Source: Basidiobolus meristosporus CBS 931.73 (taxonomy: Eukaryota > Fungi > Basidiobolomycota). From it: a stretch of DNA of 64,000 nucleotides. Shown piece by piece: positions 37,331 to 52,086 of the stretch. Every line of letters begins with the position of its first letter. Positions within the stretch are counted from its first letter, which is position 1. The position numbers were made by a program, and so were the translations under genes. The notes under the pieces are model-generated. The model was not told the origin of the DNA, made no database searches, and was given only the letters and a program-made list of their open reading frames with translations. The stretch lies in NCBI GenBank assembly GCA_002104905.1, contig MCFE01000455.1, positions 1 to 64,000 on the forward strand, given 5' to 3'.

Positions 37331-38055
37331 ATTGGCAGCTATACAAAGAATTTATAGGATAGATGGTGCCATCTATTTTTTGACAAATTAGAAGTCTCAG
37401 GAGCTCAGATCAGAGTATTATGGGTATTGAGTACTAAATGCATCCTTTCAGTCCTACTGTGCTCTTACAAATGATGCACAATGTTGGTCCCAAAAACAAG
37501 GTCAGTAAATACATTTTTCCATCTTGATGAGTGAAATACATGGGCTGCATTATGCAAAGGGATGTAACTATGTTTCACACTGTGTGGCCAAGTGTAAGTC
37601 TTGTTGGCCTCTCCAGCACACTGTACATCAATTTGGCACTCATGGGCTGATGCAGCACTATCCAATGGAACATATCTAAATCCCTGAATCCCAAACATTC
37701 CACAGCAACATCATCCATTGCGCCTACATATGCTGGTGTATCTTGTTGATAGCCAGAGTATCTCTAATGCAATTGATAATATGCACTTTCACATGACAGT
37801 TGTATACTAATATCTCACAGAGAAGGATATAAAACTCACCAATTGTAACAACTCTTGATATAAGATTTGTAGAGGAATAAGGAGTTTGGCTTGTATTGTA
37901 TTTACTCAAACTTGAGCTGATATTTATTGAGGTTCCAGCTGCTCCTTATGTACAGTTTGCCAGACCAGTTTCTGACAAATTATATTTTCTAAAATAGGGT
38001 GTGGCGGATGACTCATTTGATTGCATGATCATCACCCAATTAGTTTCTAAAAAAT

Positions 38056-38547
38056 AGACTTGTTCCATGGATATAGCCACATTGAACCATGAGTGATAAA
38101 TGATGCCATAGTGTGCTAGAGAGGCCAAGTGAACCTATACTTGGCCACAGAGTATGAAACATAGTACTTCATCTTCATGCAAAGCAGCCTTTGTGTTTCA
38201 CCCATTGTGCAGGAGAAAATCTATTTTTTGACCTTTTTTGGGGATCAATGCTGTGCAGGATGTGTAAGAGCACAGAAGGATTGGAGATATCTATGGTACT
38301 CAATACCCATGGCACTCTGAATCTAGCTCCTGCTGCTTGTAACATTTCACAAAAAAGCATGGTACTATCTTGGTCCACTGGTACTATCTGGCACTATAAG
38401 TGCTTTGTATGGGTCTCAATTTAAGGCAAATATTTGAGTATGCTTTGTACTCTGTGGCCAAGTCTAGGCTTGCTTTACTTCTCTGGCACACAATGGCACT
38501 ATTTGGCACTCATGGCTCTATGTGGTACTATCCAACAGAACAAGTCC
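38056..38547. mobile_element. MITE-1 deletion derivative (492 bp) inside the Gypsy LTR
   Basis: AGACTTGTTCC...AGAACAAGTCC, TSD AAT on both sides. Confidence 0.85.
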
Positions 38548-40716
38548 AATTTATCCATTCCTGTTCAATAAGGTTCTGCTGATTCATTGGCAGACTGACA
38601 TTACTGATTTGATAGATAGCACTGATATAGTGATAAGCAAATGTACAACTCAATGATTTGACTAAAAATGATTTAACTTAAACTTGTAGCAGTAGATCTT
38701 AACTTTCTCCCCTATTAAAGTTGAGAGGATTCAACTGAATCTCTTTGCTTGCAATACCAGTATCTTGATGGTTCAGTACTGTCAGCAAGTCTTGCAAGCT
38801 TGAGTCAGTCTCTATGATCTGAATCTTCCTGGATGTCACATTGTTTGTCCACTAGTTGGTAAGTTGCATATAGAAATTGTCTTACAATCATGAAAGGTTC
38901 CATTCATTGTGGCTCAAACTTCTTCCAGTGTTGTTTCTCAGCAATACAAAGTTCCCAAATGTCAATTCTTCTGGTGATATACTCTTATCAGATTTCTGCT
39001 TCATCTTTTCTACACTTGGAGATACATGGCCTGTGCCTCTTGACATCTTTGTTCCAGCTGCTAGTGACTACTTGGCTGACTGATTTAATCTTCTAAGGCA
39101 TCTGTAATCTTTGGTTGTGCAAGATCTCCTGGGATCCTTGGTTCACATCCATACACTAAGTAAAATGGCAATTGTTTGGTGGCATTGTACACTCTAACTC
39201 TGAAGGCAAAAAGTGCTTGGGCTATATACTCATTTCATCTACTGATATCCCCATTTGCATACTGCTCAGATTTTTTCCAAATAATCCATTAACCTACTCA
39301 GTGATTCCATTAGTTTCAGAGTGCTATGCCAAGGTTTTAAAGTGTTTGATCTGCTGCTGTTCCAGGTAAGCTGTCTTTGCCATAAAGTTTGCCCCTCTAT
39401 CAGAGAGAATCTCTACAGGGCATCCAAGCTTCATAAGGATCTCTTGGAAGATAAAACTTGCAACTACCTGTTCACTGCCTGCATGTACATCTTTAGCCAC
39501 TGGTCATTAAGTGGCATGGACAATTGCTGCTAGGATCCTGGTGGTTTGCAGACTTTCAAGAAAGTCAATTCCCCATCTCTCAAATGATCTTGCAGGCTCC
39601 AGGGGAAAGAGTTCAGCAATTCACTGGGCCACCAGGCTATAGGCTCCTTCAATTCCAGGATGCCCATATCCATTATCTGGCTTGTGTATTAAGTACAAGC
39701 AAGTAACAAAAGGGCCATAGGCAATAGGGCTTCTGTCAACAATTTGGTAGAGTGTTTCATTCTATATTGAAATTTGCTGGCTTCATCCAGACTATCTTCT
39801 TGATCTCTTTATCCATCTAATAAGGAATGAATAGGTCCTTCAAGTACTTTGGAAATAAGCTTGGTCAATCTAATTAATGCACCAAGTTGAGTTGTGCAAC
39901 TTGCTCTGGTCTTGATAAGGCATCAGCAACTGTGTTGTTTTTCCCAGGGCACTAGACAATCTCAAAGTCAAATTGCTGAGTGTATTCACCGCATCTTTTC
40001 ATTCTTCTGGATATTACTTTCTGAGTAAATACACCTGAGTAAGGCATGATCAGTCTTTACAGTAAACATGACTCCTCCAATGTAGCATCTCTAGTTCTTC
40101 AACCAGTTTTTTTGGCAAGCATTGCTTTCTCATGCACTGGATAGTATTATACTGCTGAGTTCAGTTTCTTAGACTCAAAAGCAACCAGGTAGTCCTTTAC
40201 CTCATGTTCTTGGATCAGTACTCCACCAATTGCATATTTTGAAGCATCTGTGCACAAAGCTAACCCATTTCTAAAGTCTGGGAATCTCAAGCTTTGCAAT
40301 TAGTAAGTTCATTCTGGAGTATCTCAAAGGCAATCTCACAGGCTTTGTTGCACTTCAATGTGTTGTCTTTCTTGAAGATATCAGCTTAAGGGGCTGCAAT
40401 ACTTGCAAAGGACTTGACAAAATTTCAATAATAGGAAACCACCCTAAAGAATAATGAGAGTTCTGATATTCTATGGGGCAGCTTCAGATTCTTGATGACT
40501 TCAAACCTCTGGCGGTCTAAGGTCACTGCTGTGTTAGTCACTGTGTGTCCCAGGCACTCAATATATTCCTTTAAGATTTTGCACTCTGCTAGCTTGCCAT
40601 ACAGCTTGTTCTCTGCTAGCTACTTCAAGACCTTTTCAATGTTCACCAAGTGTTCCTCTTCTGTCTTGCTGTATATCAGTATGTTGTCTAGGTAGATAAC
40701 CATAAGCATCTCTAAG

Positions 40717-41063
40717 TGTTTTACAAGTCTTGGAGATATTGGAGTGGATTGGGAGAACAATTAGATTGTATGGTTTCATTTAATGATTTATGGAATTTAA
40801 AAGTAGTATTTATACTTTTACATGGTCTTGACATAACATAAATATAGAATAAGCTTAGGAAGGTCCTAAGAACATGTGTGCAGAGTTTGGGACTGTTTGG
40901 ACAACTGTGAGAATTTTCATGTTCTGGGTACCTGGTATTTTGGTGAAAATATTCTTAGTAAATCCCAACAAGGAATTTGGTTAGTACTCTCTAGGATTTG
41001 ATTGTTGTGATCTAAGTGGCCAATATGGGTTAATATTCAGGTGGAATTACATATTTTACAACA
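40717..41063 (-). repeat. Solo LTR of Copia A inside the Gypsy RT
   Basis: TGTTTTACAAG...TTTTACAACA with TSD CTAAG (40712-40716, 41064-41068). Confidence 0.88.
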
Positions 41064-42175
41064 CTAAGTACTCTTAGAACATGCTTTGCATCAAGGTTAT
41101 GAATGTTGCAGCAGCATTGGCAAGGCCAAAACTCATGACTAACTACTCCTAATGTTCATATCTAGTCCTGAATGCTTTCTTAGGGATGTCTTCCGGCTTC
41201 ATCCTAATCTAGTTGTATCCTGACTAAGTTAATCCAGTAGGTCATCAATCCAAGGTATGGGGTGTTATTCTTGACAGTAACTGAGTTGAGGACTCCAAAG
41301 TCAATGCACATCCTAAGTGTTTCATCCTTCTTTTTTACAAAAAGCACTGGTGCTCCCCAAGGTGACTTACTGATTGGATGTCTATCTCCCATGTCAATGA
41401 CATGATCCATATCTCTGACTGGTGGCAGGCTTACAATTTCATCTGAAACACGTCTGAATATTCTGTCAAAAGAGTCTGGAACTTCTGGGGTGCCGGAGTA
41501 GAGGAATCCTCCTGTAATACTGCCATGAGGAACATCTGGGAACCATTTCTGAGTGCTCTCCAGAACCATGCCTTGCTAAGTTCACTGGTTTCACACACAC
41601 TGAATTTGACCAAGTTGAAATCCAGTCTGGCTGGTAATAGCTCATAGGTCTTGCTGTCCTTCTGGATCTGAGTAGCAAGAGTTCTCCAGCTGTTTGATGG
41701 ATTACAACAAGATAGCCAAATTTTTCAAATACAAGGTCAAACTTGCAGTTCCCAGGTATACAGGCATGTAGGCCTTCTTCATAGTCATTCATCTTCATTC
41801 TTACTGGTTAGGTAATATGGTTGATTATGTTAGAGTTCCCACCAGCTGTTGAGACTGAAGTTGATCTGGTGGTTTCTTAGTTGATTCCAGCATTCAAGGC
41901 AAATTACGCTGCTTAGTACTTATGTGATACTTCTGAGTTAATCATGAACTTGGCAGGTACTTCATTGATTACTTTATTCAAATATAATAACTTTCCTGAG
42001 TTTGAGGTCATTTGGGATAGGTATTCTGCTGTCATATGGAAGGTCACTTCTAGTCTTCTTCAAGTTCATTTTCTATGTTACCATACTCAACGGCCTCATT
42101 ATGGTAAAAGGTTCTTGTCAACTCATGTCCATTTCTTCTCTGAGGGCAGTACCTTGCAATATATCAGAAATTTGT

Positions 42176-42684
42176 GAGTAAGCAACCAAAGAGGGGCAAT
42201 TTTATGGTTAAATATGAATGGTACAAGAACAGATAGGAAAAGAAAATACCATTTGGTTGACTGGTACAGTAGAATTATACAGAACTAGCTGTAGGTTGCG
42301 GCACTGCCATCATAATACAAACAGAGGTTGACAAAGTGGCTGTCAGAGCACAATCAATTCCTTGCCATAATTGGCAACTCAACCTATTGGATATTTTGGT
42401 ATGATCAGGTAAATGTAGTGTGCATCAAAACCATCAAATAGCCAGGCAATTCCTGTTGAATCATCAATTTTGTACTTTCAAGTATTAGCTTTGTTTGGCT
42501 GTAGAACTAGCAAAATGCTGTCACAATCCTGCCAGATGATTGTGTAGAGGATGTATCAATTTTGAGGTGCAGTTTTTCTCACAGTTATTGCATAGTGTCC
42601 TGTTAACATGTTTATTACTGAGTCATGGGATTCAAGCCTAGTAATGGCATTTTGACAGGATCACAATCATTATTTCTTGTAGGG
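42176..42684 (+). mobile_element. Inverted left end of a diverged CACTA subfamily
   Basis: Reverse-complement similarity to 15540-16030; ends ATTATTTCTTGTAGGG. Confidence 0.65.
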
Positions 42685-42688
42685 TAAT

Positions 42689-45600
42689 AGACTTGCTCTG
42701 TATCTCAGTGGTTAATTGGTCCAAAAGTATCTTGAAGATGTCAGTCCCCAATTGGCACTTTGACCAATACACAAGCTACCTGATTTGCCATCAAATATCC
42801 CATTTTGCCCATTAAGCAAGTAAATCCCTGATCCTAGCAATTGGACAAGGCATCATAGCTGGCACACAACCAATTGTATGGGTGCAAATCAGATCAAATG
42901 GCTGCACTGGTGCCACAGATGATGTTAACATATGCAGGATGTTTATTTCTAAGATTCCTGTCTCAAATGTGAGATGACCTTGATATTGCTTATATCAAGA
43001 ATTTGGTGATCACTGATTTGCAATGGCTTGATTTGGATTGCATAACAAAATTCATTGTTTGGATCACTACAAATAATAGCAGTTCAATGCAATTGCATCA
43101 TCTTCTACTAGGCTTTTTTCTCACAGGGACTACTACAGAAGCATTTGGTAGTGATTCACTTTGCACACCTAAACTACTGTCTTGTTGACTATCCTCTTGG
43201 CTACTTGCGTATTTGGAGTCAGTATTTTGCCTCCTAGTTGATGAGTGCAATGCTGCAGCTTGGCCATGCTGAATTGCTCCAGATGATGCAACTGAGCCAA
43301 CCTGCAGTGTTACACACTGACATGTTCTTTTACTTGTCAAAGGCTCTGGTGGTGGAGGCACTTCATGTGGGTCACCATCAGTCAGTTCACTAGAAGAAAC
43401 TTGCTGATGGTCAGGTGTAATGGCATGCGCAGCTGCAACTTGATGTGCTGGCATGGCCCTTGGCTGAGTTTGATGTGATGCTGCTTGTGACACAACTTGG
43501 CCCGCTCCAATGGACTTGTGTCTTTTTAAGCAGTTTGGCAGGTTCTGGTAGTTTTGCTCTGAAGTGTGAGCATTGAACCAATGTGCATTAAGTCAATGCG
43601 GGGCACTCTTGTGAAGGGTGTTGGTATAGTTTGGACTGATGTGTGCTGGTGCACTGAAGTTGTAAGGGATGGTAAGGAATTCAGTAAGGCATGCTGGTGA
43701 GATCTAGACAATGTTGCTTGCAGTCTTTATTCCTCCTCTTGAAGCTCAACTTCTGATTCCTCAAGGTATTCACTTATCCTTTGTCTAATACTTTGGAACT
43801 GTTGCCTGGATGAGTCATGCATATATTGCTCTTGGAAGCCACTTAGCTCTACTAATGTATCACATAATACATTAGTCATTTGAGGGAAAAACTCATTCAA
43901 AATCTATTTGGGTCACAAGGTCAAGGCACAAACAGACACGTCCAGCCTGTACTGAGCAAATTGCATGCAAAATTGTTCCTGCGTGGTTTCCTCATCAACT
44001 CCCCTCACTCTCAGCTCATTCTTGATTTCAATACTTGTCTTGTTATATATCTTCTTACATAAATCTGCTGGCTCCTTGATGTAAAACTCATGCCACAGCT
44101 TTTGACTCAGGTTCTTCCATCTCTGTCAGCTCTCCAAGGTACCTAGTTCTGCTGGATTAATCAGTAGTGCCCAAATATCTGTATGAAGGCTCTTCATAGA
44201 CACTTGGGCCATACTGAAATCATTTGGTGAGAACTCAAACAGATCCAACATTGCCTTTTCCAGTCCAGACCGCGCTTGTGAGCTGGGGAATGGGTTTTGT
44301 CTAGGTTGAACTAAAGATGAGTTGAGACTTGGTATAGGGACCATAATGACGGATTTGGATAATTCTACAGTGGTGTATTGACATCAACCTGGTCTTATAT
44401 GAAATATATATGAAAACTAACGTGATTGTTAAATTTACCATATATTATGCATGATGCATCTTGGATTGCATTGACACAGATCAGATCACATCAATTGCAG
44501 ATTTCCTGTTTGATTATGGACTTGTGAGTAAAACATCAATAAAAATACCCAGTCATTGTTTGAGGATGATTTTGCAACATAATGATGGGATACATGGCAA
44601 TTGATGGAGATTTAATCATAATGCATGAAAAATCAGATGAATAAAGATGATTGTGTCAAATCAAACCACATCATCTCAGCCCAATCCTTACCAATTTTAT
44701 TATGATTTACTTATCTGAATGGTCTTTTCTCATTAATCCCATCACTGCCACCGGATTTCCTTTTGACACACTGGAGGAGATCTATACCAAGTACTGTGGT
44801 CCATCTACCCCAATCTACTTGAGGAGATCCCTTGTTAAGCTTTTCTGCTATTACAAGAACTATTGCCCTACAAGGTTTTATCCCACCATCCATGGCAACA
44901 GAAGTCCTAGAAGCTTTCATTCCCAGCTGACAGCAATGGAGAACCGCCTTGCAGAGGGTATGAATGACTTAGAGCAAGCTTGGTGTACTAGGTTCAGAAG
45001 CTCCAATTGGCTTCCATATCCCAGAGTGTTCAGTAACAGGTTCCATATATGGAGTGTTTTGGATACCTTCCCAGTCAGGATTAACAGACCTTCTAGAGGG
45101 CAGAGGCACTTTTACTCTGGCAAGTACAAGGCACACTGTGTGAGTTTCAGGCACTGTCTGACATTGAGGGTAACATCATCTGGTTTAGTGGGCATTTACT
45201 GGAAGTAGGCATGACAAAGAATTCTGGGTAGAGAATCATCCAGAATTCAGTAGAGGGGAGAAATGTATGGCAGACTTTGCTTATATAGCAGAGGATTGTA
45301 AGAGATTTGGATGTATTGCAGCTTTTAGGAATCCAAGGAATGGTGTGCTTAGCAGGAGGCAGAAGCTCTACCATTAGATATTTAATCATTTCAGAGTGAG
45401 GGTAGAGCATACATTTGGATATCCAGAGAGATTCAGCATATTGGCAGGTAAATACAGAGGAAAGTGATATATAGGAGAAAACAACAGAAAAGGTAAAACA
45501 GTTAAGATACTTATCAATGCACAGTATATTCAAACAAGAAGACATCCACTGAGAGAAATGTGTCTGGAGCATATGTAGATTAAATAAAGCAAGGAAAGCA

Positions 45601-45756
45601 CTACTCCAAGCAACATAAGTAAAATTGAGTAAAATTACCAGTAACTATATCCTACCACTGGCATTATGGTAGCAATTATAGTGCCAGAGAGTGCCAGATC
45701 AATTTGGCACTATAAACAGGCTGGTACTATGTGGCACTATCCAATGGAACTAATCT
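42689..45756 (+). mobile_element. Intermediate-age PHIS copy with a ~340-bp deletion behind the left TIR
   Basis: AGACTTGCTC at 42689 and GGAACTAATCT ending 45756; ORF2 (-) and transposase (+) both pseudogenised; flanks AAT/ATT. Confidence 0.88.
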
Positions 45757-46127
45757 ATTACTTTGTGGCTAATAATTAAATATAGTGCTAGATAGTACCC
45801 GTGGACCAAGATAGTGCCATGCATTTTTGTGACATGTTACAAGCCACAGGAGCTAGATTCAGAGTGCCATGGGTATTGAGTACCTGATGCATGACCTCAA
45901 TCCTTTTGTGCTCTTACACATCCTGCAAAACAATGACCTAGAAAAAAAGGTCAAAAAATGGATTTTCTCCAAGACAATGGGTAAAACACAGCAGTGGCAT
46001 AAGATGAAGATGCAGAGCTATGTTTCACACTCTATGGCCAAGTATAGATTCACTTGGCCTCTCTGGCACACCATGGCATCATTTGGCACTCATGGCTCAA
46101 TGTAGCACTATCCAACAAAACAAGTCT
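45757..46127. mobile_element. MITE-1 right half
   Basis: Spacer plus right arm, ending ...CACTATCCAACAAAACAAGTCT. Confidence 0.82.
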
Positions 46128-46990
46128 AAGATCCAATACTTGGATATGTTTTGTTTATGTAAATGGAAATGAATGCATATCAAACTATAAGCTACGCTGA
46201 TACTTATTGTTTTGATTACTATCACCCCACTTGAATGGAAGGATGTTTAAGTATGCAGAGTTTCTATTTATTGGGGATTTGTCTTGTATGTGAGAGGACT
46301 TCAATATTACTTATTTCAAAGCTTAGTGATCAGTGCTTTGTAATGACTCAATTTATATTGCAAAAAAATCTGTTGTTTGGATCTTGACAAATGATAGCAA
46401 TTTAATGAAATTTTATCATCTCCTCCAGGTTTTTTCTCACAGAGATTATTACTGGAGCATTTGGTAGTGATTCAATTTGCACATCTAAGCTACTTTCTTG
46501 TTGACTTTTATCTTACCTATTTGTGTACTTGTAGCCAGTATTTTGCCTCCTGGTTAATGTGTACACTTCTGGAACTTGACTGTGCTGATTTGCTCCAGAT
46601 GAAGTTGCAGAACCTGCCTGAAATGCCATGTATTAATGTGTTGCTTTACTTGCTAAAGGCTCCAGTGGTGCAGGCACTTCCAGTGGGTCATTGTCAGTCA
46701 GCTAACCAGACATTACTTGCTGATGGTCAGGTGTAATGGCAGGCATAGACACAACTTGATGCATGGACATGGCCCTTGGCTGAGTTCAATGTGATACAAC
46801 ATATTGAAACCACTTGACCTGCTCTAATGGAGTTGTGCCTTATTGAGTAGCTTGGCAAGTCCTGGTAGCAATGCTCTAAACCATGAGCATTGACCCAGTG
46901 CGTGGTGCTCTTGTGAAGGGTGTGGTATAGATTGGACTGATGTGGCTGGCACACTAGTGTTCCAAGGGACGGTAAGGAATCCTGCAAGGC
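46128..46990 (+). mobile_element. Old PHIS fragment (left-end interior and ORF2 tail)
   Basis: Degenerate match to 9245-9330 and 9590-10320. Confidence 0.7.
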
Positions 46991-46999
46991 ATGCTGTTG

Positions 47000-48597
47000 C
47001 AATCTTTACAAAGTTGCCCACAGTCTGTCCCATTACAGGATGGGAGGGAGATAATATAGTGTTTGTACCAGAGCCTAAAAATCAAAAGACATTGAAGATC
47101 TGTGAAGACATTAAGTGCAATGATAAAAAGTGGGCTAATAGTTGGAAGGTCATTAGAAATCTAGCACACCAACACTTTAAGGCCAGCATACCATGGGATC
47201 ATTGGAAACTCAAGGATAAGCAGGATTTGCTTGGTCTGTTCCATGAGCATGATCCTGGATTCAAAAAAGCACACATATCTTGGGCCAGCATTGGTATGCT
47301 AAGAGAGTATCTCAACAATAACAGAAACTATCAAAGGCAGAAGAACAAGGGTGCAATGGCTAAACCCAGCAACTTCCTCAAGAGCCTGTTACAAGCTGAT
47401 CCAAAAGCTCCAAACAAGTGCCAAAAAGACATCAGGTAGCTGAAAGAGCGGCAATAAGGACAAGCAGGCAGACACAGATGCACCAGCACAACATTTATCA
47501 AGAAAAAAGGGTATTTCCACTAACAAAGCACACAGTCAAAGTAGCAGTGAAAGAATTGGCATTGGCAATTTAGAAGGTAAAGGGAAAAAAGTATACCCAA
47601 GCCAGAGCCAGGGAAGCATTAGAAAAAAGGTGTGGTTCTTGCCAACTAATGCTGTAAGCCTGGAACAGACTGAATCCCATCATAGCCAAGAAGAATTACC
47701 AACAAGAAAACAGCTATTTTCACAAGAGTTGGAAGCACAGCCAGTTGAGCTACACTCCAGTGAGGTAGATGAGCTTTCAGAGAACGGCAATACATCTACC
47801 ACAGCCTCCATGTCCTCCATTATTGACAGAGTGGTGATCCCACTGACAGATAAAGTAACATTATCAAGAACTCAAAAAGTTATCATAGTGCCTTCAGTGG
47901 AATTTTGGACCGTTGATAGGCACACCAAGAGGTTGCAGCGCTTCTTTGAGAGCAGTGCTTAAGAAAATGCACTTGAATATTGCAAGGACTTATTGCAAAG
48001 TCTGGTAGATGAGATGCTTGACCTTTCATTGCTGGCTAAAGACTAGGACATGTGGGAATCAGTGAAAGAACAGTGGCACAAAGCTGCAGCATTCCTGCTA
48101 AAGTCATGGAAAAAGGACATAACTGCAGAAATGCTTTTCAAATGGTGGATTTTAATGGAGTTACCTTTGAAATGTAGGGTTGGACTTAATGTTAGTGATG
48201 AATATAGGGACTTGTATAGGCCAGTACAGTTGGCAATTGAGATACAACTGAAGTTTCAATAGGAACATATCAATTTATTTGCATGTGAATAAGAGAATTG
48301 GTTGAGTCATGAAGTAATGAGTGTGAAAAGAGGCAATAACCAATCAATGTGCATAAACATAGAAGGTGATTGAGTGTCCAGGATCAGGGAGTGAGAAAAT
48401 TGGCTGAGGACCAATCAAAAGCCACTTATGTATTGTTGTGATGAAAGATTTTGACTATGTTCTTTGTGAAATCTGAGGTGCAATTATTTTTCAACAGTCT
48501 GTGCATGGTATCCCAGTGGGAACAATACCTCTTAGTCATGGGGCTTTAATTTTGTGATGGCCTTCTAACAGGATCATCACAATTATTTCTCATAGGG
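47000..48597 (+). mobile_element. CACTA right portion: ORF2 C-terminal part and right terminus
   Basis: Collinear with 19520-21327; ends AATTATTTCTCATAGGG. Confidence 0.85.
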
Positions 48598-51500
48598 GTA
48601 GCTGCTGGTTTACAGTCTTCCATTTGGAACTTCTTTAGTAAATCTTGGATATACTTGGATTGGCTCTGGGTGATAGTCCAGGTATCTCTGTCTATGGGGA
48701 ACTTTATCTCTGGGTAGTAACTTAATCCTCCAAGATTGGACATCTTGTACTCCTTAGATGGGCTGGACTTGGTATCTTCCAATGTTTCCAGAATATTGGT
48801 AGCTATGACAAGATTGTCCTCATAAAGAGCCAATAAAGCTGTACTTGCTCTTTCTGGCTTATAGTATATACAATAGTCAGCACTACTCCTTTGGAAGCTC
48901 AAATATTCTAAATATGAACCTATCTTGCAATTCCAGGCTCTTGGTGATTGTTTGAGACCATATAGAGATTTTTTAGGCTTGCTGACCAAATGGGGGTTAT
49001 ATTGGTCAGCAAACCTATCAGACTGGTCCATGTGCATGTCCCCATCAAATTCTCCTTTCAAAAATGCAGCTTTGACATCCTTGTGATGTCTAAAAACATG
49101 TATTTGGCTTCAATAGCCTATACTAATCTGATAAAATTAAACTTGGCTACCAGTACAAAGGGCTCAGTATAGTCAAGTCCTTTTGTTTGAGAGTGTCTTT
49201 TGGCCAAAAATTTTGCTTTGTATCTTTCATTTGTACCATCAGCCTTGTTTTATGTCTTGAAAACCCATATGCATCCAATTGATCTCCAGCTGAATGGTAA
49301 TTTGACTGAGATCCAAATTTGACTCTTCATCAGGGCCTGATACTGCTCAGTAATTGCATATTTCCAAAACTTTGTCTGAGGACTATTTAGGACCTCTTTT
49401 ACAGTCCGTAGCTCATCAATGTGGACTGAATAGGCACAGGCTAAGCTTGTACCTTTACTGATATAGTAACTTGGGCTATTTCTGGTCCAGTTGAATATCC
49501 TGGCTTGTGACACTGGATTGATCACTTCTGGGATATTCCTGGGTACAGATTCAGGCTGAAACATGGGTGAAAAAAATATCACTGTTTAACCCTGATTCTA
49601 TCCTCACTATCAGTGGGCCTGTGATCAGACTTTGGTCATCATCAGATGTCATTTGTTGTGAGAACTCTGAGTTTTCATCAAACATTGCATCCCTGGACTT
49701 GATCAGCTTCTTTGCTTTGGTACTGTGAAGTCTGTATGCTTTACTCTTGTAAAGGAGCTCAACAATATGTATTCTACACTCTCTGGCTCAGATTTTGACT
49801 GATTTCCAGGCAGTTTCTCAGCAAATGCTTTACACCCAAGTATTTTTATATGTTGTGAGCTTGGTCTGCATCCATGGCATACCTCAAATGGAGTAGACTT
49901 ACATAGTATTCTATTAAAACTCCTACCCTTAAGGTACACAGCTGTATCAACTGACACTGCCCAAAAATCATAGGATAATTTTTGATCATGGATGATAGAT
50001 CTTGTCATATCATTTATTGATCTGTTTTCATATTTGCTACTTATTAGACTTGTTCTGTTGGATAGTGCCACATAGTGCCAGCCTGTTTATGGTGCCAAAT
50101 TGATCTGGCACTCTCTGGCACTATAATTTCTACCATGATGCCAGTGGTATGATACAGTTACTGGTAATTTTACTCAATCTTACTTATGTTGCTCAGAATA
50201 GTGCTTTCCTTGCTTTATTTACTCTTCATAATGCTCCAGACACATTTCTCTCAGTGGATGTCTTCTTGTATGAATATACTGTGCATTGATAAGTATCTTA
50301 ACTGTTTTACCTATTCTGCTGTTTACTCCTATATATGACTTTCCTCTGTATTTACCTGCCAATATGCTGAATTTCTTCAGATATCCAAATGTGTGCTCTA
50401 CCCTCACACTGAAATGATTAAATATCTCATTGTAGAGCTTCTGCTTCCTGCTAAGCACACCATTCCTTGGCTTCCTATAAGCTGTAATACATCCTAATCT
50501 CTGACAATCCTCTCCTAGATAGGCTAAGTCTGCCATACATTTCTCCACTCTACTGAATTATGGATGATTCTCTACCCAGAGTGCTTTGTCATGCCTACTT
50601 CCAGCAAATGCCCACTAAACCAGATGATGTTACCCTCAATGTCAGACAGTGCTTGAAACTTCACACAGTGTGCCTTGTACTTGCCAGAATAAAAGTGCCT
50701 CTGCCCTCTAGAAGGTCTGTTAATCCTCACTGGGAAGGTATCCAAAATACTCCTGATATGGAACCGGTTGCTGAACACTCTGGGATATGGAAGTCTATTG
50801 GAGCTTCTGAACCTAGTATTCCAAGCTTGCTCTAAGTCATTCATACCCTCTGCAAGGTGGTTCTCCATTATTGTCAGCTGGGAATGAAAGCTTCTAGGAC
50901 TTCTGCTGCCATGGACGGTGGGATGAAACCTTGTAGGGCAATAGTTCTTGTAATAGCAGAGAAGCTTAACAAGGGATCTCCTTGAGTAGATTGGGGTTGA
51001 TGGTCCACAGTACTTGGAATAGATTTCCTCTAGTGTGTCAAAAGGAAATCCAGTGGTAGTGATGGGATTGATGAGAAAAGACTATTCAGATGAGTAAGTC
51101 ATATTAAAATTGGTGGATGATTGTATGGAGGCGGTTTGAATCAATTCAGCACAATCTGCGTTATTTATCTGATTTTTAATGCATTACAGTTAAATCTCCA
51201 TCAATTGCCATGTATCCCATCATTATGTTGTAAAAATCATCCGCAAACAATGCCTTGGTACTTTTATTGATGCTTTAATCATAGGTCTATAATCAAATAG
51301 GAAATCTGTAATTGATGTGATCTGATCCATGTCAACGCAATCCAAGATGCATCATGCATAATATATGGAAAGTTCAACAATCACATTAGTTTTCATATAT
51401 ATCTCATATAAGACCAGGTTGATGCCAATATAGTGCTGTATAAGTATCCAAATCCGTTGCTATGGTCCCCATACTAAGCCTCAACTCATCTTTAGTACAA

Positions 51501-52086
51501 CCCAGACAAAACCCATCCCCCAGCTCACAAGCGCGGTCCGGACCGGAAAAGTTGATGTTGGATCCCTTTGAGTTCTTGCCAAATGATTTTAGTATGGGCC
51601 AAGTGTCTATGATGAGCATTCATACAGATATCTGGGCACTACTGATTAATCTAGCAGAACTAGATACCTCAGAGAGTTGACAAAGATGGAAGAATTTGAG
51701 TAGAAAGCTGTGGCATGAGTTCTACATCAAGATGCCAGCCAATGTATGTAAAAAGATATATAACAAGACAGGTATTGAAATCAAGAATGAGCTGAGAGTG
51801 AGGGGATTTGACAAAGAAGCCACGCGGGAATGATTTTGCACGCAACTTGCACAGCACAGGCCGGACACATCCGTTCATGCCTCAACTTTGGGAATCAAAT
51901 AGATCTTGAATGAGTTTTTGCCTCAAATGACTAATGTACTACGTGATATATTAGTAGAGCTAAGTGGCTTCCAAGAGCAATATACACAGAACTCATCCAG
52001 GCAACAGCTCCAAAGTATCAGACAGAGGGTAGGAGAATACCTTGAGGAATCAGATGGTGAGCTTCAGGAGGAAGAATAAAGACCGC

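Larger units (their letters stand above)
37844..42175 (-). mobile_element. Older copy of the Gypsy family (3' LTR, IN, RH, RT, PR), 5'-truncated, with two nested insertions
   Basis: Collinear with 22282-25700; many stops; retains an RNaseH segment missing from the 22282 copy. Confidence 0.88.
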